Both the position numbers and the translations under genes were made by a program. A DNA stretch of 64,000 nt from Lama glama (Eukaryota): the NCBI GenBank assembly GCA_028534125.1, contig CM052816.1, positions 64,668,001 through 64,732,000 on the forward strand. Direction: 5' to 3'. The notes beneath the pieces are model-generated. The model saw nothing but the letters and a program-made list of their open reading frames with translations, was not told where the DNA came from and searched no databases. Of this stretch, positions 26,940-38,086 are shown piece after piece (position 1 is the stretch's first letter; the number at the start of each line of letters is the position of its first letter).

Positions 26940-27350
26940 TTCTGTTATATCAGCTGGGACAGGTAACTGTTGTATCTGATGGACTACAAAACTTCGGAGA
27001 CTTAAGTCAGTATACATTTGTTTATAGCTCATATAAAATCTCTCTCCTCCAAATGGTAATTTGAGAACTCAGGATCCCCCTTTCATCTTGTGGCTCCACC
27101 ACATTCAACATAAGGCTTCCATAAGGAAGCCTGCAGCAATAGCTACAGAAGAAAGAGACAAAGGGTCTCACTTGGTAAGTATGAACGAGTCAGACCAGGA
27201 CACGTCAAGCACTTCTGCTCAAATTCCACTCACCAGAACTCTATCATAGGCCACACCTACACTGCAAGGAACGCTGGGAAGTACAGCCCAGCTATGCGCC
27301 TAGGAGGAAGGGGAGGCTGACATAGTGAAGAGCTAGCCATCCTCTCCAGC
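26940..27350. mobile_element. MaLR LTR (MLT1-type)
   Basis: tttcatcttgtggctccacc...cacttctgctcaaattccact...ggccacacctacactgcaagg. Confidence 0.6.
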
Positions 27351-27479
27351 TATGAATGAGCATGCTCTTCACCAAACATTCCCAGGCCTCTTTCTTCAAA
27401 GTGCCAAGGGCCAGTTCCTCGGCAGATTTTGAATTATAAGGAGCTGGCTATTTGTGTGCCCACCAGCGTTTTCACTTAC

Positions 27480-27542
27480 CAGCCACAACTCTTAAAGCTT
27501 TCTAAATAAGTCTAAGTTTTCCTCAGTGTAGTCTAGAAGAAG
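27480..27542 (-). pseudogene. Exon 4 of decayed gene
   Basis: ttcattcatttcag acceptor, CTG|gtaagt donor; 63 nt, LLLDYTEENLDLFRKL*ELWL (TAA, likely from CAA). Confidence 0.75.
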
Positions 27543-27754
27543 CTGAAATGAATGAACTTGTAACAAACTGAATGACTAACAAACTTTGCTTTGAGAAATA
27601 TAATCCTAAAGTGCTCCACCCTCATTTCCTAGAGTGCTTTACCTGCACAATTGCTTTATCATTTAGAAATAGATAGGGAACCCATTTTACATGTATTAGA
27701 ATGGATATGTAAAACCAAGAACAACAGAGATGAAAGATATGCTTTTTAAATTAC

Positions 27755-27783
27755 ACTTGTGTGCACAGTCAGTGCTTTATGAT
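27755..27783 (-). pseudogene. Exon 3 (29-nt micro-exon) of decayed gene
   Basis: tttccttttctttcatgcag acceptor, weak AGT|gtaatt donor; (D)HKALTVHTS, phase 1 to phase 0. Confidence 0.65.
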
Positions 27784-28324
27784 CTGCATGAAAGAAAAGG
27801 AAACTTAGATAATCTAAATCAATGCACATTATCTTTTCTTCACTTAGGAATTTAATCGCTAACACATATATGCCTACCTCCACTCAGTCTGATTTTCGGA
27901 GCTGGCCCCACTGTCATTTATGACAAATGATCTGTAAACATTTGTTAACTAACTATAGGTTACACTCATAGACTGCTTTGAAAATATACTTTGAACTGCA
28001 AAATAATAACATTCCAGTAACAGTGGATGCCCATTTCAATCAAAGGCTACATTCTTTAGGCAAGTAAAGACAATTTGGTTATTTTGATAGTCTGGTATGT
28101 AACCAAGGTTCACACATGTTGTTTATAAACCATAACCCCGGTGCCTCCTTCTGCTTACTTATTAAAATTTTATTACAGTAGCAGTCTTCTGGAAATATCC
28201 CAAAAGCTACAAAAAATTTTTAAAACAGTGCATCATATAGTATTTAAAATTAAATGAATAAATCTAATGTTTTTACAAAATCTTAGGTGATAGCCTATTA
28301 ATAAAAGTATCCTTAGTTTCTTAC

Positions 28325-28404
28325 CTTCCACAAATATTAAGTGATAATGCAGTCATCTTGAATGGGTAATAATCATATAGGTTATCTCTTCAGAAGCAAG
28401 TATT
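28325..28404 (-). pseudogene. Exon 2 of decayed gene
   Basis: cttttctcccccctag acceptor, AAG|gtaaga donor; 80 nt, (R)ILASEEITYMIITHSR*LHYHLIFVE, phase 2 to phase 1. Confidence 0.75.
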
Positions 28405-29019
28405 CTAGGGGGGAGAAAAGATACGCAGTGTTTTAAAAGAGCAAGTGAGAGAGATGAAAGATTCTTACCATTGGTTATTTCATAGCTACCCAAGGTAGAG
28501 TCAGAAGTCTACTGGAGGGGCCTAAAAATCTGTATTTTTTAACATTTGTTTCCAGTGATTATTAAAATCAGGCAAGTTTGGGAAACACCAACCTAGTACA
28601 AAATGTAACTCCTCCAAGAAGACAGAACTGCCATGTGCTGAATTGTTATGTAAACCTACAAGGTACACTGAACATCTACCAATACATAAAATGTAGAGTA
28701 ACACATAGTACAAATACAGTATATGCTAAAAAAAAAAATTCCAAAAAAAAGCACGACTGAATAGTTTCACAGTGCAAATATTTTTGTTCTAATTGTTTGT
28801 TGTTTTGTTACCTTCACTATCGGTAAGGCTATGGGCTGGGCGGGGGGGTACTGGTGGCGAGGACATTTATACATTGCTGTCAGGAGTGTAAATTAATGCA
28901 AAACAATATAGTGGGCAATTTGGCAGTAGCTAGCATTCCTACAGATATGCTTACTCTCTGAATCAGCAGGTCCACTTCTAGGATTTACTTAGTGTGTGCA
29001 AGGTTATTCATTGTCACAC

Positions 29020-29220
29020 TGTATGTGGTTAAGAGCATGAATGCTACAGCCTGACAGCCTGGTTTTAAGTTCTAACTCTATCACTTTCTAGCATAATGTT
29101 CTTGGGTAAATCTTCCCATGCCTCAGTTCCTTCATCTCTGAAATTAACGTAGTAATAGTATCTATCTCTTTGGGTTGGTGTGAAGATTAAATGAATTAAT
29201 CTATGTAAAACAGTACTTAT
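29020..29220. mobile_element. MIR SINE
   Basis: gtggttaagagcatg...cctcagttccttcatctctgaaat...gtgaagattaaatga. Confidence 0.75.
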
Positions 29221-29539
29221 TTACATCACAAGACTATAAACAACATACATGTTCATCAATAGGGAACTTGTTAAATAAATGATGGTGGACTTATACAATA
29301 TAGATGTAAGAGGAATAAGTAAGGTTTTTACGAAAGCATATTTTGTTTAGTGAAAAAAAAGTGCAAGCAATATGTATTTACTTGTATAAAAAAAGACAGA
29401 AACAGGAATAATACGTTCTGTCTAATATTTTTTTTTAATCCCTTGGAGTATATTAAAAGGAATGGATGGGAGATAAGGTTGAGGGAGATTTTTCACTATG
29501 TGACTTTTTGATATATAAGGCATGTGAATGTATTACCTG

Positions 29540-31100
29540 TTCAAATAAAACAGTTTAAAAACAATTCCAGATGGATTAAAGATCTAAATTTAATAAGGAA
29601 AAAACAGATTTTAGAAAACAAAAATGAGTATAACATTAGAAAAAGAAAACATTTCTCATTTGATAGGCAAAAAGCACAAAGCATAGGACTAATATTGATA
29701 AATTTAACTACATTTACATTTTTAAAATACAAGAATAACAAAAATCCTTGTAAAATTAAAATGTAAGTCCTAGACTAAGAAAAGATTTTGTGAAACATAC
29801 AACAGACAAATCTACAAGAAAAATATAAGTTGGTATGACTAAACTAGTACTCATTTTTATAAGCAAATGACATGAAAAGGCAATTCAAAGAAGATATCTC
29901 AATGGTTAAAAAAAAATAAAGAGATGTCCAGTGTCTCTAGGAATCTTGAAAATGTATATTAAAACAATAGTAAGAAACCATTTCACACCCATCAGACTGG
30001 CAAAAACATAAGGTCTGAAAACACCAAATGTTGGCAAGGATTTAGGGAAACAGGAACTATTAATACAATGTGGTGAGAGTGTAAATTGGCAACACTTAGG
30101 AAAGTCTGCCAGCCAGGGTTCTTGGTTGCAATCCATAGAAACTAACTGATTTAAAGAGAAAAGATGTTTATTGAAAACATTGAGAGCTTACAGAATCTCC
30201 ACAAAGGCTAGATAATAGGCATGGAGAAGGTAGGAATGAAGGCAAGCTTTGCTGACAAACCAGACCTATATTTATTCCAGTGAATTAGTCTGGGAAGCCA
30301 TCCGCGCCACTGGCAGACACAACCTGTCACTAATTTCAACTTCAGAGTCCTGGGGGTAGGAGCAGGGGTGAGGACAGGAAGTGGGGGTATATTGCTTGAC
30401 CCAGATTCAGTCACAATTGTGGGTTCTAGCTGCCCATGGGGATTGCAAAGTGAGTATCATGCATTTTCAGCTTCTATAATGAGAGGTGAGCTCTGCCTTG
30501 TATGAAGTCATAATAGGAACTTCCTCAAATATAGGAAGACGGCTCAAATACAGGGCAGCTAAGAAATAGCAAATGTCCATAGAAGAGAATAATCAATTCT
30601 ACGACCAGCAATCCCATTTCTAAGTACAAACCCTAGAGATTTTTCTCCATGTATACATTCCTGTATATTTACATGTATATTCTTATCCACATTGTCTCCA
30701 GAAGGGAAAAAATTAGAACTAACACAATTTGTTCATTAGCAGGCAAATGGATAAATGGCTTGGTCATACAAATAGAATAACATATCGTAATTAAATAAAT
30801 AAATGAGACCTAAATGAATTAACATGAATAAATCTCAAAAAAAGTGTTGACAAAAGAACAAAGTTACAGAAGAATACATACAGTATGATACTATTTACAT
30901 AAAATTTAACCATATACAACATTACTGTATACATTGAGCTAGATATAATGAAAGTATAAACACATGCATGGAAATGATACATAGCTACTTCACAATCGAT
31001 ACCTTTGGGAGAAAGAAAGGAATTAGGGTGGGGTGGAACTTTAACTGTAATATATATTTTCTCAAAAAAAAGAAGCCAAATTTGGAAAATATTAACATTT
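29540..31100 (+). mobile_element. Old L1M fragments interrupted by an MLT1-like LTR (about 30110-30580)
   Basis: aattccagatggattaaagatctaaat (NSRWIKDLN), ccatttcacacccatcagactggcaaaa, cagcaatcccatttctaag. Confidence 0.7.
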
Positions 31101-31229
31101 GCATAGTGGACAATACCATTGTTTCACGCAGATCCCTTTGGATCCCTCACTGACCTCAATGAATCAGTTGCACACAACTTTCTGTCTCAGACAGAAAGTT
31201 TCTGCGGAATCTGACCTAAAATAATCCGT

Positions 31230-33400
31230 TAACAAAAGCTCCTACCTCCCCTAGTCTGTGCCTATAACTCTGCCGTCCCTCTGTTGCCTCTGAGTGAATG
31301 TGCACGTTCAGATCTAAGGCCAGATGCTCTACATGTGCACCAAATCCCTCCCCTCTCACATACTCTCAAGGGCATTACTACAATAGTTGTCCTCTCTTTC
31401 CAGCATTATCAGTTTCCCCTTCTCTACTAAATTTTTCCAAAGTATACAATCATATTTTAAATATCCATCTTAAAAAAACAAACAAAAAACCTCTCTAGAC
31501 TCAATTCCCCTCCTGCCATTACCTCATTTCTTCTCTCCTTTTTACTACAAAAATCCTTGAAAGAATTGTCAAAACTCGTTTTCTCCAGTTTCTCTCTTCC
31601 CATTTACCCTTGAAACACTCCATTCAGGTTTTCACTCCTTCTGTTTCCCCAAACCTGTTCTTGTCATGGTCAACAAATGACTTCCATATTGCTAAGTCAA
31701 TGGCCAATTTCTGGTTCTCAGCTTATTAAGTGATCACTTCCTCCACTTTGAAACACTTTCTTCCCTTGCTGTGATAAAAGTTTGAATTATTGTTCAGCAA
31801 ATACTCATTCTCTTCACCCTTCCACTATGGATTGAATATGCTTCCCACTCTGCTCTGCTGTTGGATTTGGCTCTGTGACATACTCTAGCCAATGGAATAT
31901 TAGCCAGCTTGATGTGAGTAGAGGTCTTAAGTGTGCTTCAAAGATGTGAGCAGAGGCCCCCAAAGCATGTGGGTTTTGGATTGGCTCTTATACCCCAATA
32001 ATCTACCATGAGAAGCTCTCCAGATGCCTGCGAACTTTGCAACCTGGGCTCCAGAATAAACACATATAGAACAGACTTAAGCTAAATCTGCAACCAAAAG
32101 CAGAGCCACCCAGCTGAGCACAGCCTAGGTCCACTGACCTGGAACCAACCTACTGACTCGTGGGCATGAGAACAGGTATACTGCTATAAGTCACTGAATT
32201 TTTGGGTGACTTGTTATTCAGAAATACTGTAGCAATAGCTGACCAACACACCTGCTTTCCAAGAAACCACACTCTTCTGATTTTACTCCAGTCTCAGGAC
32301 TGTTTCTCCTCATTCTCTAACTGCTCAATACTGAGTGCCCCAGGACACAGTCCTGAAACCTATTCTCTAGTCTCACTCTTGGTGCTCTTGCATTCTCAGG
32401 CCATTAAATAACATGCGGAAGCTGACTTCTCCCAAATTTATATTACCAACCCCAACCTCTCTCTTGAAACTCCAGACTGGTATAACCAACTGCCTACTTG
32501 ACATTCCCACTTGATATATAATAGGTATCTTAAATTAAATCAGCCCCCCCAAACAATTCCCGATTACACCCCCCCGCTGTCTTTTCTCAGTCTTGCTTTT
32601 CTTAGTAAATGGCAACTCTCGCCTTCCAACAGATAGAGGCACACACTCCAGAGTCCTTTGACCTTTTTTTCCTCTCATCAGATCCTCAGGAAATCAAAAT
32701 ATATTTTTAAATTTTGACCACCTCTCAGCACTACCCATCAACCTGGTCCAAGTTACTTTTACCTTTCATCTGGATGTTTTAAGAGCCTTCTAGCCATCTA
32801 CTTGTTTCTACCCTTCCCATCCCACCCCGATCCTACTCTCAAAAAAGTTGCCAGGGTATTCCTTTTAAAATGTTCAGTTAGACGATGTCACTTCTCTACT
32901 CAAAATGCTTCTCTTAAGTCTTTGACCTCACTTGTTACTACTGTCCTCACTACCCCCAATTCAGCCACTCTGGCCTCCTTGCTATCCTATGAACATGATC
33001 ATCCAGGGCACGCTCATGCCCTCGGCCTTTAGTCTTGCTGTTCCCACTGACTGGAATGCTGTTACCCAGATAGACACAGGCTCGCCACCTCATCTCTTTA
33101 CAGCATTGGCTCAAATGCCTCCTTAGACTGAGGTCTTACCTAGCCACTTTACTACTGCAACTCTCGACCTCTCACAACCCTTATCTCCTCCCCTTCTTTA
33201 TTTTTCTTCCTGGCACTTATCACAACAGGAACACTTGTATTTCACTTGTTCATTCATCTGTGGCCAGTCATTCCCCAACTAGAATGAAGGTACACCCCCA
33301 CTAGAACAGAGAATTCTTTTTGTCTGCTTTGTTATCTGAATCTTCAGGGCCTGGAACATAATAGAATCCAATATATATTTGATAAATGAATGAATCTATT
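31230..33400 (+). mobile_element. L2 LINE with nested MLT1 LTR (about 31771-32245)
   Basis: L2 motifs (ctcttgaaactccagact, ccaactgcctacttgacat, 3' end gataaatgaatgaat); LTR ends in gtagcaatagctgaccaaca. Confidence 0.75.
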
Positions 33401-33820
33401 TGATCTTCTGCATAGTTGAAATTGTATAAATATATATAGATAGGTAGATAGTGACAGATGCAAAGGCAAATATTATTAAGCAATTATCTCCAATTCCCAG
33501 AGGATTTCCCAAATCTACTAAATGGTGTGTTTTTATTATGAAAGCAAAGTTTATCTAAAAAGAAGAAATCTTTAGTTTCCCTGACTCTGGGATTCTCTTA
33601 AATTTGAGGGTTCATGTTCCCCGCCCCAGGCTACTAGAGGGGCTCTCAACGTTTTACATAAAACATTTAAAATCTCTTGTTGCTGCCTTAAGATTAGGTG
33701 GTGGAAGGCGACACCTGTCTTGGAGATGGAAAACAAGCTTATGGCCCTCTGAGTGTCCTTCCTATCCTCCCTCCGGGGTAGTCTGGACCCTTTTGTTGCA
33801 ATTTCATGCTTAAAACTCAC

Positions 33821-33987
33821 CGCACACCCACAGGCCACGTCAGTGAGGTGCGTGGGTCGGAACTGCAACCTTCAGGTTATTACTCAGGCTTCTAGAAGAC
33901 AACTCAATTCTAGCTCTTGGTTTTTGCCTCCTCCTGAGCGCGAAACTTCTTTGGACCCTTCCAGCTATTGATGCCAGCGCGAAACAT
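33821..33987 (-). pseudogene. Exon 1 (putative first coding exon) of decayed gene, divergent from the CpG-island promoter
   Basis: gctgtcATG at 33987, strong donor GCG|gtgagt; 167 nt, MFRAGINSWKGPKKFRAQEEAKTKS*N*VVF*KPE**PEGCSSDPRTSLTWPVGV, ending phase 2 as exon 2 requires. Confidence 0.6.
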
Positions 33988-34539
33988 GACAGCAATTAGG
34001 AGGCTCCTGATCAGACACAGAGCCCAGTTAACTTAAAAAAATAATGGAGCGCGCATACACACACCTAACATTCATCCTCACCCCACAACCCAGTCTAATA
34101 GTAGATAAGGAGAAATCTGTGTACCAGACTTTGTTTGCTGCAGCAGTCGCTGTCACTAACCAGGATGAAAAAAGTTAACTTAGATTATATACAATTTGCT
34201 CTTCATAGATTTAAAAGCCCCCCTTCACTCCCCAATATTTGCGGCAATTCTCCAGTTTTTACCACTCAGGGGCTGGAGCTCAGCCAAATTGGGCTTCTCG
34301 CCGCCTTTGGGCCTGGTCTCCATTTTAGATAATGAATTAACCCTCCGAACAGCCTTTTCAGGAGCAAGGACTCCCTCTTTTCTCCCTCTGGCCCGCCAGC
34401 CTCACCCTCCGCTAGGTTTTTCTCATTTCAGATTTTTCTACAACTCAATCCTGAGTCATGCTTGACGACAGTTTTATGTTATGCCTCGAGATGCCCTCAG
34501 GTGACGACACTTGTGCTCAGAAAGAAAGGTAATTAGTCC

Positions 34540-35720
34540 GGAGGCCAGAACCGATCTCCCCAAGCGCCCATCCATCCCTGGTCCCAGCCACGGGGTCCGA
34601 GCGGCGGGGCGCCGAGCGGGGCGGTGGTGCAGCTACAGAGGCCGCGAGCCCCTCCCAGCCGCTCCCTCCCGGCGGGCGGCGGGCCGCGCTACGCGGCGTC
34701 ACGCAACGGGGTGGGAGAGAGGGCAGGTGACACCCCGGCAGCCTCCGCCCCTTTTCTAGCGCGCTCAGCGGCCGGGGCAGCAGAGGCCGCTGTGAGGAGC
34801 TCTGCGCTCGCCTCGCCGCCGGCTGCAGCCCGCTGCCGCCCTCTGCTCCCGCGCTCCGGAGCTTCGGCTTCGCTCCCTGCGAGGTGAGTGTGGGGCTCCC
34901 AACCGGTGCGCTGGGGCCAAACTTTTCCGGGGCGCGGAGGAGAAGAGACGAGGTGGAAGGAGAGAGACCCGGGGGACAGGGGTCCGGAGACAGCCGAGTG
35001 GAGGAACTTGGGCGCGCCATGCAGGGAGTGGGATCCGGGTCTGGGAGACTCGTGAGCCGGACAGGCCCTTCCTGGACTCTGGAGGGCGCTTCGGAAGTTC
35101 CCGCCGCACCGCCTGCGGGTGCCCAAGGCCGGGGCCCTTCCCCGCCGGAGGGCGGGGCCGCCGCGCTCACCTGCGCCCTCCCGGGGAGACCTCCGCCGCC
35201 CCCGGCGTCTCAAAAGGACGGCATTCCCCGCCGCCCCGGGGCTCTCAGCCTACCCCGAGCGCTCCCGCGGAACGGGGCCCTGCTGTTCCTGGAGGGAGGA
35301 CAAAGGTGTTCGCCAGTGGGAGAGAGAGGGACCTGCTCGACCTTGACCGCCGAGGTCACTTTCCCAGCTCCGGCTTCTGGCTTCGCTTATCACCACCCCC
35401 TCTCCCCCGGAATCCTCGAGCCCCTTTTCTTCTGCTTCCTTTTCCTCTGGGGCACTTTTGGGACTGGAATGAACTTGGGGCGCTGTGCTTGCAGCGGGGC
35501 GCTGCCTCTTTGGCTCCCCGAGCTGCATCCTGTCCCGGCAGCGGCTGCTGGCTGAGGACAGTGATGAGTACAGAGCGGTAGAACAGGTCGTGCCGGAGAT
35601 GGAAATCGGGAAGCCTGTTGTTTCATCTTCCAAAGTATCGTTGATTAGGAAATGGGCCATCCCCCCTAATCAGCCAGCGCTGATTCAAATTTACCGGATG
35701 CCGAGTGAGCGCTCTTTCGA
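34540..35720. promoter_or_regulatory. CpG island promoter (probable ELOVL7, possibly bidirectional)
   Basis: Very GC- and CpG-rich block in an AT-rich background; GC boxes at 34618-34624 and 34745-34750; no TATA box seen. Confidence 0.92.
34740..34883 (+). other. ELOVL7: Non-coding first exon, probably ELOVL7 exon 1 (TSS approximate)
   Basis: No ATG, strong donor GAG|gtgagt at 34883/34884, then about 29 kb with no recognisable coding exon. ELOVL7 lies next to the ERCC8 3' end in mammals and has a non-coding first exon and long intron 1. Identity is inferred from synteny only. Confidence 0.65.
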
Positions 35721-36084
35721 GCTCCCTGCGGGGAAGCTGGGACAGGAAGGATCTAGTCTCTACCCTCATCCAGCTCGCTGTGTGGTTGGGAAAACAAGTT
35801 CCACACCGACTGAAGACTAGTTTTGGCGAGCCAAGCCTTTTCCTCTTGCTGCGATATCCCCTCGAAAAGCATTTTCACTTAACCCTATACTCGCAGGTTA
35901 CTCTATTTCACTCCTCGATTTTATTGTTTAACTGCTGAGAAAGAGTCACCGATACTTTGTGTTGCCTCCGTCTTCTTAATCACTTGCTTGTTAAATCCCT
36001 TACTTTGTAGTTTCTGCTCCTATTGGCCAGAAAATTTCCCCGCTAAGGTCACCGAGGATTAAAAAAATCTTTTTCCTTCCAATG

Positions 36085-36330
36085 GCAGACATTTATGAAG
36101 TGCTTCTGTGCCCGGCACTGTTCTAAGAACTTGTATTAATTCTTTTAATCCTCGCAGCAATCCTATGGGGTAAATAAATGATGACATTATCCTCGTTTTA
36201 GTTGAGGAAACTGAGGCACGGGAACTTGCCCAAGGGCAGACAAGTACCTGGAGAGGATTGGGGGAGGGTGGGGGAGAGAAGACTCGGGGATTCTGGTCCA
36301 GCGCTGTGGCTGTTAACCCCGGTACAAAGT
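36085..36330. mobile_element. MIR SINE
   Basis: atttatgaagtgcttctgtgcccggcactgttctaag...ttgaggaaactgaggcac...aacttgcccaagg. Confidence 0.8.
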
Positions 36331-37041
36331 GCGTCACCTTGAATTCCTTTCTTCATCCTTACTTTTCTGAAGTCCTGTGCTGTTTCATGCTTCACTGACC
36401 AGGCTTTAATTCTCAGATTCGTCTTTTGACTTCTTGTGTGACTTTGTACTCTTTTTTTTTTTTTACCTCATAGAACTTTCTTTGGTTATCACTGCTACTT
36501 TCCCACCTTAAGATTCTGTGCTTTCCATGTATCTTATTCAGTTATAGTGTAGCATCTGTCATTGCACATTTTTAATATTCCATTTGGACTTGCCGTGCTT
36601 TGCGCCAGAGCATTTCTATTGAACATAATTTATGATGGCCTCCCTCCCTTTTATCCTAATCACACAGGTGCGAGACTCCTTGGTTGTCTCTCACGGTCAT
36701 GTTTCTCCCAATTGTGAAATCTCTTCTATTCAACTTTTACATTGTCTCTTCCTTGTAGCCTTCATCATTCTCATCCTTGCTCCCCTACTTCTCCTCTCCA
36801 GTTTCCCTCTCCCTACTCCTGGACATGCGTTTATCATTCATGCCGTATTTTACTGTTGGTTATCTTCCTTCCTAAATGTTCACAGTCTACAAAAAAGATT
36901 GTAAACAATTTAAGACATTAACTCTTCAGGCCTTATAACTAATAGTTCCTTGATAGATGTTTGCAGAATATGATGCAATATGAATTAAGGTAACACAGAT
37001 TGGGTAGATTGGATGATGGTTGAAAACTTTTTGAAATTTTT

Positions 37042-38086
37042 TTTTTTTGCCTGTATTCATTCGTTTGTTTATTCATTCTACAAATACTTTTTCAGTATTA
37101 ACAAGATGCCTGCATATGCTACACTAGACCCTAACTGTACATTTTCTAGTCAGTTAGGACAAATCTTTAAGCAACAAATTAAAAGCCCTTCACTGCTTAT
37201 CCAATTTTATTTATTTATTTTTTTATAGCTTTTATTATGTTGAGATATGTTCCCTCTATACCCACTTTGGCCAGAGTTTTTATCATAAATGGGTGTTGAA
37301 TTTTATCAAATGCTTTTTCTGCATCGATTGAGATGATCATGTGGTTTTTGTCCTTTCTCTTGTTGATGTGATGTATTACATTGATTGATTTGCGTATGTT
37401 GAACCAGCCTTGTGTCCCTGGGATGAAACCCACTTGGTCATGATGAATAATCTTTTTTATGTGTTGTTGGATTCTATTTGCTAAAATTTTGGTGANNNNN
37501 NNNNNNNNNNNNNNNNNNNNNNNNNNNNNNNNNNNNNNNNNNNNNNNNNNNNNNNNNNNNNNNNNNNNNNNNNNNNNNNNNNNNNNNNNNNNNNNNNNNN
37601 NNNNNNNNNNNNNNNNNNNNNNNNNNNNNNNNNNNNNNNNNNNNNNNNNNNNNNNNNNNNNNNNNNNNNNNNNNNNNNNNNNNNNNNNNNNNNNNNNNNN
37701 NNNNNNNNNNNNNNNNNNNNNNNNNNNNNNNNNNNNNNNNNNNNNNNNNNNNNNNNNNNNNNNNNNNNNNNNNNNNNNNNNNNNNNNNNNNNNNNNNNNN
37801 NNNNNNNNNNNNNNNNNNNNNNNNNNNNNNNNNNNNNNNNNNNNNNNNNNNNNNNNNNNNNNNNNNNNNNNNNNNNNNNNNNNNNNNNNNNNNNNNNNNN
37901 NNNNNNNNNNNNNNNNNNNNNNNNNNNNNNNNNNNNNNNNNNNNNNNNNNNNNNNNNNNNNNNNNNNNNNNNNNNNNNNNNNNNNNNNNNNNNNNGCATA
38001 TATATTAACGAGTGTAATATCTTCATCTTGTATCACTCCTTTAATCATTATGAAATGTCCTTCTTTATCTTTCTTTATGGCCTTTG
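37042..38086 (-). mobile_element. Young L1 ORF2 fragment with 3'-transduced flank, poly(A) and 20-bp TSD (spans gap 37496-37995)
   Basis: EN-domain peptide MIKGVIQDEDITLVNIY and RT-domain peptide [35 protein letters not shown]...[39 protein letters not shown] at 37022-37041 and 38087-38106. Confidence 0.92.

Noticed and set aside
34540..35720. CpG island as the ERCC8/NDUFAF2 bidirectional promoter
   Set aside because: Neither the ERCC8 N-terminus (MLGFLSARQ..., recalled) nor an NDUFAF2-like first coding exon appears in the listed ORFs, and ERCC8 exons 2-9 were not found between it and exon 10.
34511..35820. Many overlapping 75-223 aa ORFs on both strands
   Set aside because: Expected in a GC-rich CpG island with few stop codons; Ala/Pro/Arg/Gly-rich, no recognisable domain, and they run across the splice donor at 34883.
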